From: Octopus sinensis
Lineage: Eukaryota
Length of the DNA: 64,000 nt
Assembly (NCBI RefSeq): GCF_006345805.1
Contig: NC_043015.1
Coordinates: 44,454,001 to 44,518,000 of the forward strand
Direction of reading: 5' to 3'
Every line of letters begins with the position of its first letter. Positions within the stretch are counted from its first letter, which is position 1. Shown here in pieces: positions 13,677 to 23,394 of the stretch. The position numbers and the translations under genes are program-made. Under the pieces are notes generated by a model. It worked only from the letters and a program-made list of their open reading frames with translations. It did not search any database and was not told the DNA's origin.

Positions 13677-13987
13677 ACCTATTTCTTTACTACCCACAAA
13701 AGACTAAACACAGAGGTGACAAACAAGGACAGACAAACGGATTAAGTCGATTACATCGACCCCAGTGCGTAACTGGTATTTAATTTATCGACCTCGAAAG
13801 GATGAAAGGCAAAGTCGACCTCGGCGGAATTTGAACTCAGAACGTAACGGCAGACGAAATACCTATTTCTTTACTACCCACAAGGGGCTAAACACAGTGG
13901 TGACAAACAAGGACAGACAAACGGATTAAATCGATAACATCGACTCCAATGCGTAACTGGTACTTATTTAATCGACCCCGAAAGGAT
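13677..13987 (-). mobile_element. SINE family A, headless tandem (184-bp unit plus partial unit)
   Basis: Units are 13677-13860 and 13861-13987, with junction AGACGAAAT|ACCTATTTC. Confidence 0.9.
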
Positions 13988-15059
13988 ATTGGTATAAAGA
14001 CGAGAAATAGTCTCAGCTAGATGTGAGCAGAATCCTTCACTTTTAGTGAAATATGGTTTAAATTTGTTTCCTCAGATTTTTATTTCCTTTAGTTTATTTG
14101 GTACATTTTTATCACAATAAAACAATGGGAATCTAGATATGATCCAACGGTATTCTATATGACACTATCCAGCATTCCGACATGCGTATGACAAGTTAAC
14201 CAGATGAATAATTGCATAATTCACACTGAAAATATACCGTCATGTATGACGTGACATCGGTAGATATCAAACTTCTTGGTGATCTGGTATCAAAACTTTG
14301 GATGAAATGATGATGTGTTGTTTGTAATGAATGTTATCTATCTTTCTGAGTAAATCCTATCCAGGGAGACTACATCACGTTCATATATTACCAGTCTGTG
14401 AATCTATTGGCTCTATGTATTTTTTTTCGTTTTTGCCTTAGAGGCTTCTTCGTTTTCCTTTAGTTATGTGGGTAGTTATTGTTAGAGAATTAACCGAAAA
14501 ATGATGTAAAGCAATAACATTTAATGTGATTCCTGTTATTTGAAATATAACTGACGTACAGGGTCTGAAATAGTGAATTGGTTTCGTATTCGCATTGCGC
14601 ATATTGAAGTTAATTTATTGATAATTTACTCGAAGTATGAGCTATAATGCTCTCTAGGTTATGAATTTTGATTATAGAACAGTTTAGACACAAATTTCAT
14701 GTTTTGGGTTCAAAGAGGAAGAAATAATCTTTTGAAATGTCTAAAACACCTTTTCGTCTATTGACAATGCAAGCCTGTATGAGAGATTTCTTTTCCAGAT
14801 AGAAAAGTATAATGAATGATTATACGGACATCAGGCTTTTCATTTCAGAAACCTCAGTCAGAAGACACTAATAAACTAAACAAAAAGGTATCGCATAATG
14901 AAGGAATCAAAACAACAAAAAAATGCTAGATTGTATAGGTTCGAGAATTGCTCGGTATCTTCTGAGATTTATGAAGCAGGAATTCCCTCCAGCGATATCC
15001 GTATAAAACATGAATGTTTGCTTTACGTGCACAGCATTGTAAAATTCTTTAAAATGCAC

Positions 15060-15560
15060 AAAAACAGAGAATTTGCAGGTCCAGATAGTATCGCACCCAT
15101 TAGCCTGAAAGGAAATAGATATAGCAATTGTTATCTGCCCCAAAAGGTATATTTAGATTGTATATAGCCGGGAAAAGCATCATGTTAAGATATTTTCAGC
15201 ACACGATTATCTACGTAAACTATAGAAATGGGTATTTTAGCCCTTGTTTATATGGATGAAGTTGAAAATTATTGTACCAACGGGCCCATCATAATGTATT
15301 CACTAAGTTCTCCAGCTGCGTGCCTGCTTCTATTATATCCCGAGATCGCAGCAAAGATTTTAACTAAAGCGTATACAAACACGAAGGCGCATAACGCCTT
15401 AACAGCTGCCATTCTCCATATTCCCCACAAGAAACTGCACAAATGAAAGTCCTTAGTTCCAGCACTACAAAACAGAGAACTGTGAACCATCCTGCACATA
15501 CTTTCAGAAAACTCTTGCCGCCTTACAGCTTCTCGTGTATTTTGTGGCCAAGAAACGCTA
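15060..15560 (+). mobile_element. Very decayed LINE RT remnant
   Basis: Collinear faint motifs: FAGPDSIAPISLK (like GPDGIP..LK), HIPHKKLH (like KVPH.RLL) and STTKQRTVN (like SNRTQRVVV). Confidence 0.35.
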
Positions 15561-16891
15561 CACCTGTTCGCTACCCACAGCTTCGTTTCGTCGTATTTTT
15601 TTTATACATCCCTCGGAAACCGGGTGTGACATTTTTCTGAAACCTTCAATATCGGAGACCAATCGCCATATTTATTCCTTCTGCTATGTTGGAAAAATGT
15701 GCGGCATTACTTAACCATGGTATTATTTAACATCCTTTTATAATACCATAGCGCATCTATAATATCGTATACTTTGATTCATGTACCCAATCTATGAAAA
15801 ATATACTGTTGCATATATTTTCTAACTTACGGTTTCTTAGACGACTACACACCCTCACATACACACTCATGTGTGTACACACACACACGCGTTCGCACAC
15901 ACACACACACACTTATTTATATATAGTCTTTTAATTAGTCTTTTAAAACTCCAAGGTCGTAGATTTTCTTCATGTCGGGCAGGATATTACGTAAGAGGTA
16001 CTATAATCAAAGAGTACCATTGTCATAACAAAGCAAATTCGCTTTCCGGTTTATTCACTGAATACACACACGTACACAAACACACATACGCACACAAACA
16101 CACATACGTATATATGCATGCATGTGTACACGTATCTACGTATGTATAAATATTAGTGGATAGAAAGCCATCCGACAATTGTAAAAAGGATACATTACTT
16201 GATATTTCTCAATTCTTTAATGTTATATTGTATGTGGAAGGTTCCTTTTTTTATGAAGCAATCCATTTGCAGAAATCTTCGGTTTATAATATTGCCCACC
16301 ATTGCTACATTATTTAGATACGTAATTCTAAAATACGTAATTCTATTCAACTGAAAGTCTCATAGATTTATAATTTCTCATTGAATGTTTTTGAATTCAG
16401 TGACCATGTATATTTTTTACTGCAGAGATGAAAGCCGAAGCGAAAATAGATAAAATCTTTATCTCTTCCATATTCCTACTGTATTTTTAATAATGGATAA
16501 TGGATCTTCTATGTGTTATGTAGTTAACTTTTTTTTAATATAATCTGTTTAAATGTAATATTACATTAACTATCGTATAAAAAGGGATTCATATTCTTTC
16601 TTCATACAGGGCAGCTTAAGGTTTCTCGTTTATTTTCTTGTAGGTCCTATTCATCTATCTAGATATCCACAATTATACTAGATACAATTTCCCCTTGCAT
16701 CTACCCATTAATATATATGGTTCTTTTATCTGTCTGTAACTCGTAAAACGCGCGCACCAACGCACACACATGAACATTTATATATGTATACATGATGAAA
16801 TACATTTGTAGATATGAATACATATGTACACATATACACATATCTACATATACTTATCATGCTATAAATCGGTAATAATTCTACATATATA

Positions 16892-17192
16892 TCACCGTGA
16901 TCACCGTGACCGACCAGGCTATCAGATGGTCACAATGCGCTTCGCATTGTTTTTTTTTAGCCTTCAAATGACCCCACCCCGCTGGCTAAGGGAGCAGGCC
17001 AACAGAAGAAAGAGTGAGAGAAGGTTGTGGCGAAAGAGTACAACAGGGATTGCCACAACTCTCTACTGGAGTCTCGTGGAGCTTTTAGGTGTTTCCACTC
17101 AATAAACACTGACAACGCCCGGTCTGGGAATCGAAACCGCGATCCTACGATCGTGAACACGCTGCCCTAACCACTGGGCCATTGCGCCTCCA
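16892..17192 (-). mobile_element. tRNA-derived SINE family C variant with alternative 3' tail
   Basis: The head TGGAGGCGCAATGGCCCAGTGGTTAGGGCAGCG and the central GTACTCTTTC.CCACAAC.TTCTCTCACTCTT are shared with 18844 and 43320. The 3' part is unrelated and ends (TCACGGTGA)x2. Confidence 0.85.
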
Positions 17193-18813
17193 CACACACA
17201 CATATTGAAATTGCACTGCTAATGACTGAAATTATTGGGTTATCATGAGTGTTTATGTACAACGTATAGTGTATGTATTTTATATACGCGAGTTTTGATC
17301 AGAGAGATATTCTCCTATTGTTAGTAGATGAAGCCTGGGAGGTCCTTCCTTTTGGTTTGCAATGTGATTGTGGTTAAATGTTTGCAAATGAGTAATGAGT
17401 GTTCACTTAGATGTAGCACGTGACATGTGTGTGTGTGTGTGTCATTTGTTTCAATAACTTGGGAAAGAGCTCCGTGTTGGTTTATTTAAAAAACTACATA
17501 CATCAGCGATTGGTTACTAGCAAATAATTGTTTTGTTCAGAAAAGGAATCTTTGATTCAGCGATGACTTTTCGCCATCGCTGACTAACCTCAAAAAACAA
17601 TGCTTTGTATATGCGTTATATAATGAGCTTATTCGAGAAAACCATCCAGTGCAGAGGGATGAGTGTGACAAATGAGTTATGTTCAAGTGTACAGGATGTT
17701 GCAATAATTAGAAAATATAAGGTCTGCTTATGTCTAAATCAAAATGGAAGCGCATCATTCACAACCGATTGGTAACGAATAATTTGTTTCAGGGAATAAT
17801 AACATGCGCTGTATCCGCTTGAATGGTTTTCGTGTTAGTGGGTGTCACGATTACAGCAAAGACTGCGCTTGTTGGTGTAGGCCAATCTTGATCAACTACC
17901 AGATGTATGGTTGTTATCACACGTTTTAAAGCCAGATAATTGAAGACAGAACGAATTTGAGATCATTTTAAATGTTGGTAAAAATAAATATGGCAGGGAT
18001 ACTGTTAGAAGTGGCAATATATTGGGTTCAGCAATGAAGGAGAAAGAGAATGCATGCCTAGATAACCGGAAGTTATTTAAGCCGTCAGTAATAACGTTGT
18101 ACTGTGAGCTGAAATAATCCGTGTGTGGAAAGCAATTTATAGCGATGGACACTAGTGTTGGTCTAAGTGAATGAATAACTGAACGTGTTTTAAATCTTTT
18201 TCATCTGGTCCCGGTAGAATCATTTGGTTGTCTAATGTGTGAGGAAAGAGAAATACCATATACTAGTTAAATTTGACCGATTTATCGATCGCTAGACATA
18301 GAACAGCTAAACATCTGTAGCTTGATGTCGTTCTCAGAAATTTCTGAGCTTTATGTACAATAACATCAATAGATTTAAATGAGAAAAGCATGGAATATAT
18401 TTAGTCCACTTACAGCACGGAATTTCGAAGCTTACATGAATGATCTGGATGCATCATCTATCGGCCTGTATAGAACATAAATCACTATGGAAAGAAGGAA
18501 GCAACACTTCCGAGGGCATATCTATCTCCAGCATTGAATGTATTACTTGCAATGGAGTGAATGTCACGTTAGGGTACCTGATGGTCGTCCTTAAGCAAGA
18601 CAATGAATGCGGGCTGACGCAAGTTCACAAAAGCAAGGCAAATAGAAGAAAAAAAAAGAACAAAGCAAATAAGTGGCATATTTTTTATGGAGGCACCAAA
18701 ATTAAATAATTCATCTTACTACCCCCAAGAAGTTGTTTTCGTATGCAAAAGGTTTGACCAGCATCGCAAGAGGAACACACCCACACAGACACAGACACGC
18801 AAACACACACATA

Positions 18814-18843
<30 letters not shown>

Positions 18844-18844
<1 letters not shown>

Positions 18845-19224
18845 GGAGGCGCAATGGCCCAGTGGTTAGGGCAGCGGACTCGCGGTCATAGGATCGCGGT
18901 TTCGATTCCCAGACCGGGCGGTGTGAGTGTTTATTGAGCGAAAACACCTAAAGCTTCAGAAGGCTCCGGCAGCGGGTGGTGGTGATCCCGGCTGTACTCT
19001 TTCACCACAACTTTCTCTCACTCTTACTTCCTGTTTCCGTTGTACCTGTATTTCAAAGGGCCGGCCTTATCACTCTCTGTGTCACGCTGAATATCCCCGA
19101 GAACTACGTTAAGGGTACACGTGTCTGTGGAGTGCTCAGCCACTTACACGTTAATTTCACGATCAGGCTGTTCCGTTGATCGGATCAACCGGAACCCTCA
19201 TCGTGGTAACCGACGGAGTGCTTC

Positions 19225-19226
<2 letters not shown>
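18844..19226 (+). mobile_element. tRNA-derived SINE family C, full length
   Basis: A-box TGGCCCAGTGG, B-box-like GTTTCGATTCC, about 380 bp, ending GACGGAGTGCTTCCA, inserted in a (TA)n tract. The head resembles tRNA-Arg (inference). Confidence 0.9.
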
Positions 19227-19288
<62 letters not shown>

Positions 19289-19530
19289 TATGACTATATA
19301 CATATATATATATATGTGTGTGTGTCTGTATATATATATGCTTTTGAATCTCTTTAACAATTCACAAGAATTACTTTTATTACTTTTATTCCTATCTCAG
19401 CTCGTTACTTTTCGTAAAAAGCTTTTCCTACTTTTTGATTTCCACTGTGCATTTTCGCATATTTTTCTTCTTACTTTCCCCTTACATTTCCACGTGTTGT
19501 TTCTATTTTCTTTTTGTAATATATTTCTAT

Positions 19531-19574
<44 letters not shown>

Positions 19575-19576
<2 letters not shown>

Positions 19577-19787
19577 GGGGTAGAGTTCACGAAAAAAACA
19601 ACAACAAAAGACGAAGACAAGTGGTATGGAAAACAAACAAATGTATTAGTATAACGCTCAGGAATTGAAAAAATCATTTACGTTTCGAGCCTACGCTCTT
19701 CTACATCTTCTACAGAAAGGAACACAGAAAGAATCGAGGAGGAAAACAAGGAAAGAAAAAATGTGTGTAGTGGCTAACGATCGGCGA

Positions 19788-19790
<3 letters not shown>
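19575..19790 (-). mobile_element. Short PLE terminal-repeat-like element
   Basis: The minus strand reads CCTTTCTGTAGAAGA(TGTAGAAGA)GCGTAGGCTCGAAACGTAAA..CCTGAGCGTTATACTAATACA..GTCTTCGTC, with a 9-nt internal duplication. Confidence 0.7.
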
Positions 19791-19844
<54 letters not shown>

Positions 19845-19859
19845 CCATGTTGATTCGCC

Positions 19860-20059
19860 ATGTTGATTCGCTAGCTTATGCACGCATTTTTTTCTCTCCT
19901 TGTTTCTTTCCGTATTCTTCTCTGTGTATCTTTCGGTTGAAGAGCGTAGGCTCGAAACCTAAAATACTTGTTTTATTTATATTCCTGAGCGCCATACTAA
20001 TACAATTGTTGTTTGTATTCCCCCTGCCTTCGTCTTGTTTATTTTCATAAAGCTTCCCG

Positions 20060-20061
<2 letters not shown>
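19860..20061 (+). mobile_element. Short PLE terminal-repeat-like element
   Basis: CTTTCGGTTGAAGAGCGTAGGCTCGAAACCTAAAA..CCTGAGCGCCATACTAATACA..CTTCGTC; same family as 19575 and 41850. Confidence 0.7.
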
Positions 20062-20122
<61 letters not shown>

Positions 20123-20356
20123 TTAAACAATTAAGGATAATCTAATAAGGATCTTAACAAGAAATTATCGCGGGTAGCTAGCGTGAAAACCTCATATAAA
20201 GAAAAGAATTCGAAAATAATTTTTCTTTTGAACAAATTAATTATATCTAATTGTATAGAGGGCATTATTACACATAAATGCCTCACACTAGGAGGGACAA
20301 AGTCATTACTACCAAAATTATACTAAGGTTGGTAGTTATTTGGATGTGTTCAGAAC

Positions 20357-20413
20357 AGTTCTGCTGATGATCATTAGACGTAAGTTCTGTGAAATCACGT
20401 GTGATACAGAACT
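20357..20413 (+). ncRNA. Type I hammerhead ribozyme, copy 1 (stem II damaged)
   Basis: AGTTCTG-CTGATGA-...-GAAA-TCAC gt GTGA-T-A-CAGAACT; the 3' strand of stem II reads GTTCTGT instead of GTTGAATGT. Confidence 0.6.
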
Positions 20414-20823
20414 AAATTCATTTTTTAAATGTCTTGTTTGAAAAACTGCATTTGGGTATAGATTCGTATAATTTTGGTAGTAATGACTTTTCCCTCCTAG
20501 TGTGAGGCATTTAGTGTAATAAGCCCTCTATACAGATAATATAATTAATTTGTTCAAAAGAAAAACTTATTTTCGAATTCTTTTCTTTTATGAGGTTTTC
20601 ACGCTAGCTACCCGATAATTTCTTGTTAAGATCCCTTATTAAGAGATTATCCTAATTGTTAAACTTATTCCGAAATACTTTTCATTACCCGACATGCAGT
20701 TCGTAAAAAGCCCGCCATTTACCGGATATATGATTTATAAACATTCCATGTGCTTGGCCGGAGTGAGCAGTTGTCTGTTCGTCTTCGCTACGTAAGGTTG
20801 GTAGTTTATTTATGATGTGTTCA

Positions 20824-20892
20824 GAATCAGTTCTGCTGATGATCATTAGACGTAAGTTGAATGTGAAATCACGGTGATACAGAACTAAATTC
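20824..20892 (+). ncRNA. Type I hammerhead ribozyme, copy 2 (intact)
   Basis: Stem I is GAAT-C-AGTTCTG / CAGAACT-AA-ATTC. CTGATGA lies at 20836-20842. Stem II is T-CATTAGAC[GTAA]GTTGAATG-T. GAAA lies at 20865-20868 and stem III is TCAC g GTGA. Predicted cut after A20879. Confidence 0.85.
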
Positions 20893-21172
20893 ATTTTTTA
20901 AATGTCTTGCTTTGAAAAACTACATTTGGGTATGATTAGTTAATTTTGGTAGTAATGACTTTGTCCCTCCTAGTGTGAGGCATTTATGTGTAATAATGCC
21001 CTCTATACAATATATATATATATATATATATGCATACATATATGCAGATGTACAAACACACATGTTTATACATTTATATGATATAATATATTATATATAT
21101 ATATATATAATATATATATATATACATCTCTGTTTATATGAATGTATACACACAATCACATACACAAATATA

Positions 21173-21225
<53 letters not shown>

Positions 21226-21471
21226 TTTAACAATTAAGGATAATCTCTAATAAGGGATCTTAACAAGAAATTATCGGGTAGCTAGCGTGAAAACCTCATA
21301 AAAGAAAAGATTCGAAAATAATTTTTCTTTTGAACAAATTAATTATATCTATATTGTATAGAGGCATTATTACACATAAATGCCTCACACTAGGAGAGGA
21401 CAAAGATTACTACCAAAATTATACTAATCATACCCAAATGCAGTTTTTCAAAGCAAGACATTTAAAAAAAT

Positions 21472-21540
21472 GAATTTAGTTCTGTATCACCGTGATTTCA
21501 CATTCAACTTACGTCTAATGATCACAGCAAAATGATTCTG
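21472..21540 (-). ncRNA. Hammerhead motif in the inverted monomer (core deletion, likely inactive)
   Basis: The minus strand reads TTTTG-CTGTGA-TCATTAGACG..GAAATCACGGTGATACAGAACT; one A is missing from CTGATGA and stem I is altered. Confidence 0.6.
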
Positions 21541-21841
21541 AACACAATAAATAAACTACCAAACTTACGTAGCGAAGACGAACAAACAACTGCTCACTCC
21601 GGCCAAGCACATGGAATGTTTATAAATCATATATCCGGTAAAGGCGGGCTTTTTACGAACTGCATGTCGGGTAATGAAAAGTTTAGCGAATAAGTTTAAC
21701 AATTACCCGACATGCAGTTCGTAAAAAGCCCGCCATTTACCGGATATATGATTTATAAACATTCCATGTGCTTGGCCGGAGTGAGCAGTTGTCTGTTCGT
21801 CTTCGCTACGTAAGGTTGGTAGTTTATTATGATGTGTGTCA

Positions 21842-21910
21842 GAATCAGTTCTGCTGATGATCATTAGACGTAAGTTGAATGTGAAATCACGGTGATACAG
21901 AACTAAATTC
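21842..21910 (+). ncRNA. Type I hammerhead ribozyme, copy 3 (intact)
   Basis: Same sequence as copy 2; CTGATGA 21854-21860, GAAA 21883-21886, predicted cut after A21897. Confidence 0.85.
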
Positions 21911-22315
21911 ATTTTTTAAATGTCTTGCTTTGAAAAATGCATTTGGGTATGATTAGTATAATTTTGGTAGTAATGACTTTGTCCCTCCTAGTGTGAGGCA
22001 TTTATGTGTAATAATGCCCTCTATACAATATAGATATAATTAATTTGTTCAAAAGAAAAAATTATTTTCGAATTCTTTTCTTTTATGAGGTTTTCACGCT
22101 AGCTACCCGATAATTTCTTGTTAAGATCCCTTATTAAGAGATTATCCTTAATTGTTAAACTTATTCCGAAATACTTTTCATTACCCGACATGCAGTTCGT
22201 AAAAAGCCCGCCATTTACCGGATATATGATTTATAAACATTCCATGTGCTTGGCCGGAGTGAGCAGTTGTGTTCGTCTTCGCTACGTAGGTTGGTAGTTA
22301 TTTATGATGTGTTCA

Positions 22316-22384
22316 GAATCAGTTCTGCTGATGATCATTAGACGTAAGTTGAATGTGAAATCACGGTGATACAGAACTAAATTC
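22316..22384 (+). ncRNA. Type I hammerhead ribozyme, copy 4 (intact)
   Basis: CTGATGA 22328-22334, GAAA 22357-22360, predicted cut after A22371. Confidence 0.85.
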
Positions 22385-22797
22385 ATTTTTTAAATGTCTT
22401 GCTTTGAAAAACTGCATTTGGGTATGATTAGTATAATTTTGGTAGTAATGACTTTGTCCCTCCTAGTGTGAGGCATTTATGTGTAATAATGCCCTCTATA
22501 CAATATAGATATAATTAATTTGTTCAAAAGAAAAAAAAATATTTTCGATTCTTTTCTTTTATGAGGTTTTCACGCTAGCTACCCGATAATTCTTGTTAAG
22601 ATCCCTTATTAAGAGATTATCCTTAATTGTTAAACTTATTCCGAAAATACTCTTTCATTACCCGACATGCAGTTCGTAAAAAGCCCGCCATTTACCGGAT
22701 ATGATTTATAACATTCCATGTGCTTGGCCGGAGTGAGCAGTTGTCTGTTCGTCTTCGCTACGTAAGGTTGGTAGTTTATTTATGATGTGTTCAGACA

Positions 22798-22860
22798 TCA
22801 GTTGCTGATGATCATTAGACGTAAGTTGAATGTAAATCACGGTGATACAGAACTAAATTC
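22798..22860 (+). ncRNA. Hammerhead motif, copy 5 (G of GAAA missing, stem I shortened)
   Basis: CAGTTG-CTGATGA(22805-22811)..AATGT-AAA-TCACGGTGATA-CAGAACT. Confidence 0.55.
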
Positions 22861-23110
22861 ATTTTTTAAATGTCTTGCTTTGAAACAACTACATTTGGGT
22901 ATGATTAGTATAATTTTGGTAGTAATGACTTGTCCCTCCTAGTGTGAGGCATTTATGTGTAATAATGCCCTCTATACAATTATATATATAATATATATAT
23001 GCATACATATATGTAGATGTACAAACACACATGTTTATACATTTATATGTATATATATATATAATATATATATTATATAATATATATATATATATAATAT
23101 ATATATATTA

Positions 23111-23373
23111 CATCTCTGTTTATATGAATGTATACACACAATCACATACACAAATATATATCTATAATATATATATATATATTATATATATATATATTTG
23201 TGTATGTGATTGTGTGTATACTTCATCTATAAACAAAGATGTACATATATATATATATATAACATCTTTTTATATGAATGTATACACACAATCACATACA
23301 CAAATATATATATATATATATATATTAATATTTGTGATGTGATTGTGTGTATACATTCATATAAACAAAGATG
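23111..23373. repeat. ~50-bp unit in alternating orientation separated by (TA)n
   Basis: CATCT.T.TTTATATGAATGTATACACACAATCACATACACAAATATA occurs at 23111(+), 23193(-), 23263(+) and 23329(-), and also near 21124(+). Confidence 0.8.
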
Positions 23374-23394
23374 TACGTTAAGCAGTATCTAAAC

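Larger units (their letters stand above)
20121..22980. repeat. ~474-bp tandem/inverted repeat array with one hammerhead motif per monomer (candidate retrozyme)
   Basis: Block 1 is reverse 20121-20326 plus forward 20324-21011. Block 2 is reverse 21224-21705 plus forward 21702-22980. Spacings between predicted cleavage sites are 473, 474 and 476 nt. Confidence 0.93.

Noticed and set aside
18100-18150. SVCGKQF, C2H2-like
   Set aside because: The first cysteine position is a stop and no His pair follows; likely chance.
18844-18920. tRNA-like heads (also 43320, 17192, 57865, 1359) as tRNA genes
   Set aside because: They lack a paired acceptor stem and continue into shared SINE bodies.
20685-20894. 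69-aa ORF repeated at 21703-21912 (antisense to the ribozyme)
   Set aside because: No recognisable domain; it recurs only because the DNA is repeated and is broken by indels in other monomers. No evidence for rolling-circle translation.
20121-22980. Array as CRISPR or ordinary satellite
   Set aside because: There is no repeat-spacer structure and the context is eukaryotic. A plain satellite would not explain a fully paired ribozyme in each unit.
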